DNA from: Phoronis australis
Taxonomy: Eukaryota > Animalia > Phoronida
Reading direction: 5' to 3'
DNA: 64,000 nucleotides
Assembly: GCA_002633005.1 (NCBI GenBank)
Contig: NMRA01000151.1
Location: 1-64,000 of the forward strand
In this document: in pieces, positions 23,305 through 36,900 of the stretch
How the letters are laid out: every line of letters begins with the position of its first letter
How positions within the stretch are numbered: position 1 is the stretch's first letter
Notes under the pieces: model-generated
Told to the model about the DNA's origin: nothing
Seen by the model: only the letters and a program-made list of their open reading frames with translations
Database searches by the model: none
Translations under genes and position numbers: made by a program

Positions 23305-23736
23305 TGCCCCGTTGCATGAAACAGTCCTAAATAGGGACTCAACTAAGTTCCCTAAATCTGCTGCGTATTTTTGGACTTATGAAAACACTGATTGCCCTAT
23401 CTTGTATTGTTTTAGTTTCATTACTAAGTTACCTTTTGACTTTGATACAAATCGAGAATGAACTCTATGTTAAATTGTCGATATTGTCGAAAATAAGTAG
23501 GGATCTTTTCATGCAACACCCACAATTTAAGAACTAAGTCCCTATTAATTTTCAATGAACTCTAGGCTGTTTTTACTCACACTACCAGAAAATGTCATTC
23601 ATCAAAGAGGAGCTCATAATAAAGATGAAACGATAGAAAAATATTGCAACTGTGAGTCCATACAGACACAAATATGCAAAAAGACTTAGGGACCTTAGTT
23701 GAGTCCCCATTTGTGACTGTTTCATGCAACCGGCCA
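23305..23736. mobile_element. PIF/Harbinger-like MITE downstream of the TAF4 stop codon
   Basis: About 55-bp imperfect TIR (GTTGCATGAAACAGTC...GGGACTCAACTAAG and its reverse complement); CTG on both flanks (23302-23304 and 23737-23739). Confidence 0.75.
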
Positions 23737-24871
23737 CTGACCTCCTGGCTTGGCAACCAAACTATTGAAATGGAGCAATATGAAGTGGTCCATGTGTCTG
23801 TCCACAGTGAGATCCTCCATAACCATGATCCTAGATCAGTCTCTTGGCAGTAGGAACATTTGACGTATTTCTACGACAAATTGCTCAATTTGAGAGATGA
23901 ATAATCAATGCTTTGTTTGTAGAGTACAATTCAAATATGGAGGTATTCATTAAAGTCACTTCAATGACAGGTCTAAATTTCAGCATGATTCATGTCATCA
24001 CGCGATTCACTATCCTGTAAATATAAGACCATAACTAGCCTTTTGGTATATACCGCTAAAAAGTAACTAGTGTAATCTGTAAACAGTGACAGAAAAAATC
24101 TAAATGGCCACAGACGCATTGGCTCAACATTGCACAAGACTCACTTGATATCAACATAATGTTGATGCACAAAAAGCCAAAACATCACTAAAGACAAATC
24201 AAAGAGTAGGTCAAATAACCAACTGAATTGAAACTGAAACTTGTTGCAAATGCGCAAACTTTTGCCAAATTTTGTTTGGTAATAGCTACACCATGCAAAC
24301 CATGCTAAACCTTAAGTAAATTTTCCTGAAATACTATTTATGTCGAGAAAATTGACAAAATGAAATCTCATCTGTAAGCCGCATTGTGTCCCAAACTGAA
24401 TTTTTTTTAAAGTATGGTAATTCTATGTAGTTCAGGGATACAAGGCCATTGAGGCATTTCCAAAAAGGCATAGAAAATTATAAAACAGTTTAAAATTGCT
24501 TTCCTTAACAATTCACTCTTCTCAACACTGTATCATTATAGAACAAACCATGAGTGACTTCACTCACATCAGACTTATTCAAAAACACTGACTTAGGATC
24601 ACCTTTGCACTCATCAATGTATTTTGTTTTTAACCCAAATGAGCGTTGCACAGCAACTCCAATAAGCATCAAGATGCATAGCAAGATCAAAATGAAATAT
24701 AAGTGCAAGTGCACCAGTATTAGGGTACACTGACACAAGAACTAAAAAGGAACCAAGAATTCCATATAATCCTCAGACAAAGCAGACGTCATGTTAGTTG
24801 ACAAAAAAGCATACATCTGCACATCTTGAACCGATGACTTGACGAATCTTCAATACTAGTAGAGCTGTTTA

Positions 24872-24982
24872 TCACTTCATGAGCAGTTTGTACAACATAT
24901 CAGATTTACAAGTCTCTTTCTCCTGCTCCAAAATGAACAACAGGTCCCTGAGGTTGACTCGTTTAATTCTGGGCCGCAACAA
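24872..24982 (-). CDS. TAF4: TAF4 terminal coding exon (LLRPRIKRVNLRDLLFILEQEKETCKSDMLYKLLMK*)
   Basis: TTTTTCAG acceptor, 111 nt ending in TGA; conserved TAF4 C-terminal motif; single copy. Not in the ORF track. Confidence 0.93.
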   Translation of the reverse strand: MLRPRIKRVNLRDLLFILEQEKETCKSDMLYKLLMK

Positions 24983-27900
24983 CTGAAAAACAATGTCCAG
25001 TCAAGTAACGCACTCAAAATATAAGGAACTCAAAAACACATGTCAATATTTACACATTCAGTTTTACATAAATTTTCTAACCAACTCCAGCATTGAGTTA
25101 ATATTTTGAAAGTAAATAATAAAATGTGCACAAACATGGTGAAATTGTCTAATGCAAACTACCGGTATACACAAGAAAAGAAATCCGAAAAATCACAACA
25201 AACTGAGTTTCACATTTCATCCATAGAATCACCAGTTACTGAAATTCTCACACTAGTGACACCTTTTGGTATTTTTTTACTTTCGGAACAGGATAAGCAG
25301 TGACAACTAAGAACATCAACAACACGACCAGGCAATTCAATATACTTAGGCCTCAAAACCCCAGAAGACAAACCCAAAGTTAGGTCACCTACGATTAGAT
25401 AGTGTGCTTTCCAAGGCTCGATAGTAATGTTTTGTTTTGGCACAACTGACAAACTTGCAGTCAAATATTTATCAACAATTGTTTTATATATCTGCAGCTA
25501 GTAAGTGAGAATTCACAAGTTCCCTGTAACTCAGATGATACACCGATCGTAAATCACACACACTGACATAAATTGTAAACCCTTATTAGGTCTCTGGATG
25601 CACACTGTGCCTGAGGGTGGGTATGGTGAATATCAGGACACTTTCTCTTGGCATTGCTCTGTGATGCTCTGTAATGCTCTGTGATGCAGTAAGTCATCTA
25701 CATATGTCATGTATGGAAACAAGAGCAACGCAGAGCATTCAAAAGTGCACACAATTGCAACGCAAATGGTGTGCTTTTAATGTTGTTTTCAGTATCATAA
25801 AAATGACAATTACACGGCACAGAATATGTCAAACCCGTTTAAAATTGGGAAAGCGTCGCTGTCTCTCTATTACAAAAAAATTTGTCAAATTTCATGAAAA
25901 TCCATCAAGAAACTCCAAATGTACAGAGGCAGGCGCAAAAAAATTGCCATTAGAAGACACACCGGTATTCGAATCCGTCCATCTGATGTCAAGTTAATAA
26001 GAACAGACATGAAAAAAAGTATGTTGTACAGCGTTTAGTAGATACAGCTACAGATGCAAAAATGATGTCACTAGGGAGCACCAGTTACATTGGACCGATC
26101 TGAAAATCCACATAAGTCATGCACATGTTAGTGGGAACACATTTGCCAATTTTCATTACGGTCCTCTGAGCGGTTTGGCCGATAGAGAAGCAAAGGGAAA
26201 AACGGACTGAAAAATAATCGACCTGGCCAATAGGTGGCACAAAATACGTCAACTCCATCACAGATTGGAAAGATGATGTCATGTTCATAATAGAAACTCG
26301 TTTCCAAATCTTTTGAAGAAAACATCAAGCACCTCAAAGAGATAAAGGCAAAGGTAAAACAATAAATCATCTACTGGGCAGCACAGCGGTAGTCATAGTC
26401 GTCCAAAATCAGGGGCAGCCACTGCCATGTCAATACAAAAGTTCACAAACATCATGCAAAGGAATCGGGAGCTACAGGCATGGTCAAAAAATACAAAATC
26501 ACGCCAAAGGTATCAGAACCATCAAACAAGAGCAATGCAGAGCCCATGAATGCACCGCTAACGGTGTGCTTGTAGGGGTGTTTATTTGGAACAACTAGAT
26601 GGTGCAAAATATGTCGAATCCATCTGAAAACTTGTATGTGTCATCAAACCTATTTACCAAATTTCATAAAAATCCGTCAAGGAACTTGACATAACAGGAA
26701 AACGAAAAAATGAAATTGCCACCAAGAGGCTATAAGCGCAAAAAAACATAACTGCCACTAAGAGGCGCCAAAGTAGATAAAGTCATCAGAAAGTCATCGC
26801 CAGACTTCCTCTTCACATTAGGAACATAATGCCAATTTCCACAATCATTCTTAGAGTGGTTTTGTTGACAGAGGGACAGACGCCAAATAACAAGACTCGT
26901 AAACAGTAAAAATGGCCACAAGGTGGCACAAAATGCCTCGAATTTTACTGAAAACCGGATGATAGCGTCAACTCACTTATAGATGACTAACTGCCAAATT
27001 TTATGAAAATCCAATGATGATCTTTTAAGATACAGAGGTAAATGTAAAAAATTAAAATTGCCACTAGGGGGCACACTGGTATCCCCATATGTCCGCAAGT
27101 CGTCATCCTCAGTTGTCAACTTTATATATATACACCAGCAAAATTCAATAAAGGTCCTGTAGAGCATTAAGGATATACAGCCATGGGTGCAAAAACAAAC
27201 AAAATTGCCACTAGGAGGCGCCATAGTAGTCCAAGTCACACTATTTGTCACGTTGGCAACTGGACGCATGGCTAAAGTACATCCCTGACATAAGACAAGT
27301 TTTGTAAATGACAACCTACATCATCAGACTGACAAACAGTAGGATATACACAGCCAAATGACATAAAAATGTCCAACACATTGATCTATTGGAAATACGC
27401 GGGTCTATTTTTTGTTGGATGAAAATTAAGACCAAAATGACCAAGTATGACAAGGATAAACATTTTATGCATAAAGTCAAAAATCTTTGGAATTTAGTCC
27501 ATCACGTTTCAGTAATCTGATATTAGGGATATTCCTAGACTGCGCCCCGTGCACATTTTTTAAAACACAACACTCTTCCAAAAATGCAAGACTATAGTCA
27601 ACTTACAGCCAGTCTGGTAAAACACGACTCTTGTTCTTATTTCGATTGCCCTTGGGGTTTCTGTTTCACATGTTAAATCTTTACTTACTGTGACGGGACG
27701 TTCGTAACTTTACGCTTATTGTTATTATTATTTAGTTGCAAATGTTCAGTTATTCTTATGCTAATGTCTTTGTTGCGTCTCAGTGCGCCTTTGTTACGTG
27801 GGCATGTGGGTGCGACTGTATGTGTCGGGCACTTCGCTAGCGACAGGCTTAGGAGAAGGGTGTTTCCTTCTTTTGCTTTCATGGAAAGTTGATCGTTATC

Positions 27901-30900
27901 ATGTGCAAATTGAACTGAAACGAATGCCTGGTGAGAGAAAATACATATTCTGAGGTTCAGTGGAGACTTGCTCTGTTACATTACACTATTAAGTCTGCTG
28001 GGCACAGTTTTTGAAAAAAGGCACACTTTTTATCACCATATGCGCCCAAAGGGCACAGGTTCAAACCTGGTCATAAATAACCCTGTGAGATACAATGACA
28101 TAACTTTAATGTCTAGTTCAAACTTCTCTCATCCAATGATAAACAACCCAAAATTTAATAGCTCATTTGCGAGTTTCTCGTTAGTCACTGTGACGTCACC
28201 GGAAAGGGGGCAAAACCCGCCATATTGCTCTTGTTTTGCCCCGAGTCTTTGCTACACACGCTAAAACTTACTGGAGTTCTTATGGTGAATTTTACGCTTA
28301 AAACGTTAAAACAACTTAAGATATGGTAGATGGGTCGTGGAATAACTGTGACTGGACGACGAAAATGTGAACTTGTTATGTTGTACAACGTGCGAAGCTG
28401 ACAACGGACTCACTGAAATTGGAACTTAACCCGCTCTAGGCCTGAAACGCAGGCATACAGGGGCGATAGTGTATCCCCATAAAAAGATATTCACTTCAAA
28501 ATACAGCAAATAAAATCAAATGAAACATGCATATGTGCACATGAAGTTATAATTAACACATACCCTGACTCTGGACACAATTTAGTCTACAAATAACTTG
28601 AGCATATTCATGAAAACCTCGCGGTTCTCTCGAGTTTCTCTCACTAGCCGCCATTTTGAGGAAGTTACGTGAAATCACGCCTGTTGACGAACAAAAAGTC
28701 CAAGGGACACAAATCTTACAAATTTCACTTGATATTTTCTCATGCTATTTTGCAAGTGTCACGCGCCAGGTCACGCGCCAGATCTCGCGCTTCGCTCAGT
28801 CTCGCGCTAGCCTTTGCCTCATACTCACCTGACTCAGTTGAAATACTTGATTGTGGTAATCGCGCGCGCGGACAAAGTTAACAGTAACCACAAAGTGGAG
28901 TTGGAATTCTTCGCCTAAGTCACCTGAATTCCCGTATATATGCTTCATCGAAGATATGTTTAGAAGCAGAAAGAGTCACTGAAGAAAGTAAGAGCCTTTT
29001 AGGTGCTAATTTTAGGTGTAGAATGTATTTTCGACGAGGTGAAAACTTTACCAGTGAGCGGATTTCGCCTACCGCCCGTTTAAAATACACGGGACGAAAT
29101 TAGTACAGAACGCGATAGAACGTATTGTAGTGCGAATCTGAAGTTCATTTGCCATAACAGCAATGCTTTTGGACATTTTTCGAACTAAACGGCTAAAAAC
29201 TCGAAGACAATAACAGAATACACTCCGCTACCGTATTGGGCAAATGACCAAACGACAAGCTTTTGCCCCACTTCCCGTGACGTCACAGTTAAGTCTCACA
29301 TAATCTCGCGTTATTGTTATAAACTCGCAAAAGGCCTATTTGAGATTAGTTCCAATCAGGTGCTATGACTCTGGATCTACCCATGACGAAATAGTCTATT
29401 CCTTACATAAAAAACTTACTGCTCTATTTGGTGTACTGCCAGCAGTGCCAAGCAATGTAGAACCACCCTGTAAAATAGGACAAAACACACCAATGGTTTA
29501 AAATGACATGTTAGGTAGTAACTTTTGATGGTATTCAATGTCAGATGACAAAGCTAATAATAGTGTTGTCATACTCAATTTCACAAGTCAAGTTAAATTT
29601 TACTGGGACCGAGTTTCGAACCCTTCGATGCAGTCCTTGTAGGTGACCAACTGTTGTTTTCACTAATGACACAGTCATCCAAACACGCCCGCTGTGAAAC
29701 TCACCGTTGCTGCATGTTCATCATTCTCAGTTTACAACTAATCCATTTGACCTTGGAAAGATTGGTTTTAATATTTGTCAAATGTAAATTATTACTAAGT
29801 TAATTTCAACACTGATTTCCACACCACTACATGACCCTTGGCCCATATTTACATGACCACATAACTTATGCCAACAACTACACAGACTATAAGACACTGC
29901 CAGGACAAGTTTAAAAATGCATATCTACCTGTCCCGCATCTGATTCAATTTTCCGTTTCTTCCGAGGACCTATGGCATTTAGGGCCGTTAAATTGGCTTC
30001 CCTCTGTCGTACTTCCTCCATCTCAGCTTGTTGTAACTGAAGCAGAGTAATTAGGTAATCAGTTGCCAGCTTAGCAACAAAGCCAGAGCAAAGACATCTG
30101 AGCAGTGTGTCATTGTAGAGTGTAGTGAAAGCCACACACGTATCCTATGGATTCACACAGCATGCTATGCTAGCTGTGGTACTAAACTAGTTGTATTTCA
30201 CCATGTCTAATGATAAATTAGTTACTTTGTTACCAAAGAAATCTAATAAGGTTGTGGGGAACCTCACTGGAAAAGCTCAATTTATAGTCAGTTACCAAAA
30301 ATAGGTGATATTGACTAGAGAAAGTAACTACAGGATTCTGAGAAAACGTTCCCAACCAGTCAATAGAATTATGCTAAATTAAGGTCATGTAAGACTTTAG
30401 CAACAAATCTGTACATGAAGTCTACAAAACTAAAGATTTAACTTAGTAAAAGTATACTGTAAACTCACAGATTAATGCCCATGTCCAGGTAATCACCCAC
30501 CCCTGACTTCTGACAAATTTCGATGTAAGCACTCACTGTTCGGGTAATCACCCATCCCCCACTTGTCCCCCACAAGCCAATGACGACACCAATGTCATCA
30601 TCATCGTCATCATAATCATCATCATTATCATCAAACAATGACGATGAATTGATAAAGAAACAAAAGCTTGTACAACCGGGGTCAATTGACATGAAAGCCA
30701 GGAACGATCAGGCGATAATTTCAATAACTTGAGAACAGCGAGTTGTCAAGAAAGGCTGACATTCTTTTATGTAGAGCTTAGCAAAATCTACACATAAAAC
30801 AATTTTCATAAAGATCCGTCCAAAGGCCTCGAACTATTATTGTGTAAATTTCATATTAATCTTTCATGCGGGTACAGTACCCATGTTGTTCTTGAACCCC

Positions 30901-33900
30901 GGGACGTATAATTGCGCTGGAATCTAAGAAACACACCAGTGTTGGTAAGCAGTAAACCTCGAATAACTCAACAACAGAAGGACAAAGCAAAAAAACAGAT
31001 AAAGCAATCCAGATAACCCTTGACGAGATCTATCTACATACCAAATTTCACCTGAATCCTTCAAAATTTGAGAAAAGGCCAACACAGCAACATCTTTTGT
31101 CAGCTTTTGTCTAAACCAATAGGCCTCTAGCGCTAATGAGGTACATGGTGTGTATGAATATTATGTCAATCAGATGAAAATGCAAATTTTGTTCTCCAAG
31201 TAACGAAAAGGTCACTAGGTGGTGCAACGTAGGTCGAATACCCCTGAAACGCAACAGGTACCATTGTCTATGTGGCATTTAACTTATCTGCTAAATTTAA
31301 TGAACATACATCAAGGTAGTTTGAAGTAATCAAAGCAAACGTAAAAAACAAAATTGTCATTAGGAAGTAGTCAGATTTGTCTCAAAATCCATCTCAATCT
31401 CTTCAATAGAAAACCATACTACAATGAGACACGCGCAAAAAACAAAACTACCACTACATGCATAACAGCAGTTGGACCCTTCGAAAAATTATTATCAACC
31501 ATGCTCTTGTCACAAGGAACAAATATGCCAATTTTCATAATGACCCTGAAAGTGGTTTGGCTGAAAGCAAAACGCACCCCAAAATTCAAGACGGGAAAAC
31601 AGTTCAAATGGCCACTAGCTGGCACAGAATACATCGAATCCATTCCTTTTTGGTGCTGCCACTCATAATTTTGCCAAATTGACCGACACCCATATCAGAA
31701 TCCTGACACGGAAAACTTTACAGCTACGCAAAAATCGCTAGTAAAAATGAAAAAGCAATACATAACTTACACGGCTACTGCCGATGTGGATTAAATGGGA
31801 AAAACAATAATTTAAAATTGGATTCTGATCTTCCTCTTGTTCATGACCATTTTATAGCCTCCTGTCCTCACTTTCGCTTTGTGACCCAACCGACATTCGG
31901 TACTGCCTGGTTTTCTGACAATGCTCAGCAAAGCAATCGAATAGTCACTGACTAGGCGACGATATTGATATTAGTTTTCTAAAAGGGTGAAGTGCCAGCG
32001 AACACTGATGAAATGAGTGGAGAAACGGTTAATTTTATTCATTCCAATGTGTTCATGTTTACAAAAGAGGTTGCACAACAATGTAAATTATATTCCCCTA
32101 AAGAGTCAATAGTTTAATGAACCATATAAACGAGTCTAGTTTTCTCAGTAGTCATCTGCTATGCTGGCAAACACAGATCTAACTGACTTACGTCGAACAG
32201 GAAGAAAAAGATTCACTATACAAGTTGAAACCTAAAATAAGTGAGTGATGATAATATTATGACAGGGTTTGCTAATAACTGAATATTACAAACCTCTTTG
32301 GCTTTTTGCTTTAACTTTAACTGTTCAGGGTCTTCATGTTTGGATCGACTCTGAAAAACAGCACATGTTTGAAAAGGCACAACATAGAACTGATTTAAAG
32401 ATTCTTTAGAAAAGTAACAAACAACTGTTCAATTATTTGAGAAAATAATGGCAGACAGTCTGGTAAACATAAGACAACTCAGGTGGGCTCATTGCACTGA
32501 GCACCTGGAACCATTTTTATGCCTTTGCTGCCTCCTAGCCCATTTATTTGGTTTGAAATAGTTTTCACAATACTTATATTAGAAAACAGTCTTCACTTCG
32601 TGTCTAAAATATTATCTCCATTTATAGAACTGATTATGATACATCTTCACTAAGCAAACTTTTTACCCACATTGAACTTAAACTGCACAAACATCCCCCA
32701 AGAGTACCACTCAGTGGAACCAACACTGACAAGCACATCCACCATGACCAAAACAGTGCAATCATATACTGATTAGGTAAACCTGACCCACCCGCACTAT
32801 TCCCCAACACAGAAAAAATCTATCTTTAACACTTTTACTGCCATGACCCAAAGAATGAAATAGAGAGAAAACTGCTCACCCAGTGCACACAGGGCGCACT
32901 CTATCCTTCATTCGCGATGTACAAACAATGAAGGTACACAACCTGCCCCACATGTAATGAGAGGGGAGCTTACCTTTGCTGCTCTCAACAACATCTCCCT
33001 CTCCTGTTCCTGGTGCCTCTTCTTTTCAAGCTTATCAAGCTCCTCCAAAAACTTCAGCTGTGCCCGCACGTCTTCACTCACTTCAAACCTTGAGTCGCTC
33101 TACAGTCAAAGAACCACTCAAAAAGTCAAACACTCTGTATACCAAGGTTGGGAAATTAAAACCAAACAAATCAGAATACTTTCATTAGATTTTATTACTA
33201 GCCTAGCATAGGTCTCCCAAAATCTACTCAAACATTTCAAAAAGGTACGTAAATAAAAGTATGAAATTAAGACTGACCATAATTTAAAGGCAAAATGAAA
33301 AATGAAAAATCAACAAAGCCTTTGTGACATGTCTTCCAACAATGTCAACAAGTGTATTAGTTGTAGTTTTCAAACATATCATGGGCTTTGGGCAACCTAC
33401 TTTGTAAATCTCTAGTCTGTGTTCAGCTACCGTAGACAATCTCTCTGTTAGGTGTCGCAATCTTTCCTGAGTGGCATGTGAAATTAAGTTGATGACATCT
33501 TGTGGTACATCAGAGAGACCGTGCTTTTTTGCTGAAACAGAAATGGAACAAGTACTATTGGGAAAGCAGAGTGTACAAGCATTTGTCACAGGGTGACCAA
33601 ATTTCCTGCTACAGACTAGGACTGCCACTCAGGGATGAAGGCCACCCTTCCCCCAGCTAAGTCACTGCCATTGTCTCAGGATGTGTGAATTGTTAAGACC
33701 ATAATGATCTTAAATGGTAATGATTGATTTTGAATGAATTAAAATTTGGTGAATCCAGTGTTAAAAAGGTTTTACTTATCTCTCGACAAAATAATTACAT
33801 TGGTTTTAATTCAGAGTGCACCTTTGTTTATCTGTTCAAGACTCACAAAAAATCAGATTCATTTTCAGGTCTGCAAAAGTTAATGAACTGATAATGCTGT

Positions 33901-36900
33901 TGTGACGTTGAATATGACATCAAGGTTACCAACTTCAATAAATGCCTGGAGATGGTCCACCTATATGTTGGTGTAAAATAAACACACAATCAAAAAATGC
34001 TACCTTCAGGAGATATTGCACTAACAACACCTCCAAGAAGAAACTATTTTCTCACTGTGATCTTGAAATCAAGGTCAAGTTTACTAAAATTGCATGGAGC
34101 CTGACGATGCACCACCTACACCTTGGTACAAAATTTGTATCAATCTAATTTCCTTCATGAGATATTGCACCAACATTTTCCAAGTAAAATCTTGACTTTC
34201 TCGCTGTGGCTCTCAAAATGAGGTGAGGTAACCAAAATCGACCGACGCATGGAGATGCCCCACCTACACTTCGGTACAGAATATGAAGAAAATCTAGTAA
34301 GCTTCCTTCTTGAGATATCACATCAACAACATTGTGTCACATATTGACCAATGCTCAGACATGCACTCAAACATCCGTTTAAACAGAGGCTCATGAATAT
34401 TATATCCCCCGTTTCCCACAAACACGTGAGGAGGACAAAGAGACATACAGGTCATGATTCAGGTGACAAACTCAAGGGTTTTGTGATTGGTTCTCTACAT
34501 CTTATTTTCAATCACGATTTTACAACTAGGGAAGTTAACATAAATTGCAGTTGGTTTCTCTTGCCGTCACAAAGTGAATATGTTATTGGTGCCAACACCA
34601 AAATCTGAATTATAGCTGAATATCTCGAGATAAAAAACTATAAACAAAACTATTTTGAAAAAAGTTCCTAGTCGACTACAACTACTAGTGAGACACTACA
34701 ATGTGGTCATAATCACCTCATTTAGCAAATTTCATTTTCCTAAGTGAAAATCAGTGGTCTAGTATTCACATATGGAAATATACATTTATTATGATCATAC
34801 TATAGATATCAAGATTTTAAACAGTGACGGCACATACTACTCACCTATAAATGATACCCTCTGCACCAGAGGGCCACTGTGCAAAAAACTCTCATCTTTG
34901 CACGACCTTGACTGTGAGCCAATGAAGTCCGCATTAGCCGTTGCTAGGATGTTACGGCTTTCTTCAGAAAGGTTGACTCCGCCCATAGTTGCCACATCAT
35001 TGATATCATCGTCATCCCTTGAAACAGGATGTGACAGGCATTCTGAACAACTTGACAAGAACATAGTTACCATGCATCATAGTTCAAACCACATCAGTCA
35101 CATTATTCCGCAGACTAACACGTATTTCTGTTTACCCTGTATAATATTTGTAGAGTGTATCAACTGTCTTATGTGCTTTAATACAGAGGAGCCTGCTTAA
35201 TAACATATACCCTGGGTTTTGTCATAAATTATTATAATACATGGGAAATTCCACTTAATAGCAGGTTCTGGCATGGTGATGATCTTAACCACTCTTACAT
35301 GCTGATCATGCTATGTGGAAATTCTGAGAGTAAAGGCCTTTTCACACTAACATCGATGTGTCGATAATTCCCGGATTTGCGGTCAGAATGAACGGTAAAT
35401 TGCCGTCCTGGATTGAAGTTAACAGCGCCAGTTAACTTCGCAGTAAACAGGTGGATTTAACAGTGAAGTGTCGACACAGAGGTGCAGTATGAACAGTCAA
35501 CTTAAATCCCGCCGAAGTGTGCCACTGTTATAGTTAACAATTAAAGAGCAATGATGCCCCTAATAGTTGCTAGTATTTTGTTCAAATAATCACCAATCGA
35601 ATTAGAAATTTTTAGCACAATGTAAATGGTCCCATACTGTCACATTAAAAAAATCTTAGCGAGCACCCGATGCATCAGTGATTACTTTGATGACAACAGT
35701 ATCACCTACAGTTTACTTCGATGTCCATTATCTACCGAAGCCGGTATGAACGGTTCAGTTAACTTCGCAAGTTACGTCAGTGCTCCGCTCAGGTAAATTG
35801 AATTAAGTTTGTAAGATAGAAAACCGAAGACAAGTTAATGAGTGGGTGAGAAACAATTTTGCTGATTTTTTAACTACAGTATCCCAGAATACGATAATAA
35901 ATCGTGACATTACGTAGGTTATTTTACATGGGTTCAATGGTAAATCTTTGGTATTTTTTTGACATTTCATAACTATTAACAAGTATATTCTATTATTCAG
36001 TGTGACATTAAGGTTATCTTAAACCTTATTTAGTGGCCTCCTTTCCAACTTTTATATCAAAAAACTAAGCTTTGTCAACAAGTAGAAGTATATATTTTCT
36101 GAAAGAAAAAAGATCAGGAGATATAAAAATGTGTTTTATATTGATGTGATATTATCGTTATTATGTTTACACCTTTTTAAGTAAATATTTCATTTTTAAG
36201 AAAGGTACGTTCATAGCAAAATAACCCTCGCTAGATTTTAGCAAAACCTTTTTTAAATGAAAACTTCACCAGTTACCTCAAAAAATACTCCTAGGAATTT
36301 TCGTCTTTTCGTTTGGTTTCTATGACAAATCAACTCGCAAAACATAAAGTTAGTATTCTTGTAAAAAATAGCAGTCGTATTCGTCTGTTACATTACGCAA
36401 AAACTAGGCTTTTATATCACAAANNTACATGTTTGGGGAAAAGAGCATGGTGAGGTAATTCTTAACCTTCATGAAGTCCCTTCAAGTTGATTTCATGAAA
36501 CTGTTTTGCTACTTGTATCAATTGTAAACCCATGAAAATATATTACATTTTCTGAATTCACAGTGACTGAATAGTCATACTGACTCATGCCTTGAAATGT
36601 TGCAAGTCGTTATAAATTCAAAGGACTGCCATTTTTGTGAAAATTGCATTTTGATGGTGCCTTACAATTTGTAATTACTGTTAAACAACAGAAAGATTGT
36701 CCATCATTTTTAAATGACTCAAGTCTTCATATCTTCTATTAGAAGAAAAATTAAAAGTCTGAGAAATGGTTAACTCAACCTTAGACTAGAAGCTTGACAG
36801 ACCCATGAACCTGTAATCGGACTTTAAAATTAAAGGGCTTGAAAATGGGTAACAAAGGTTTGAAGTTGTCTCAAAAAACTTGTATATTTTGCAGACAAGT

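Noticed and set aside
29600-29700. B-box-like GGTTCGAAAC on the minus strand (tRNA or SINE?)
   Set aside because: No convincing A box or cloverleaf; at most a very decayed SINE.
34772-35200. 142-aa plus-strand ORF (and its twin at 47243-47671)
   Set aside because: Antisense shadow of TAF4 exon I; no independent evidence.
35271-35311. C/D-box-like hairpin GCATG-GTGATGA...CTGA-TCATGC (also at about 47742-47782)
   Set aside because: Only 41 nt, too short for a guide snoRNA, and antisense to the TAF4 host intron.
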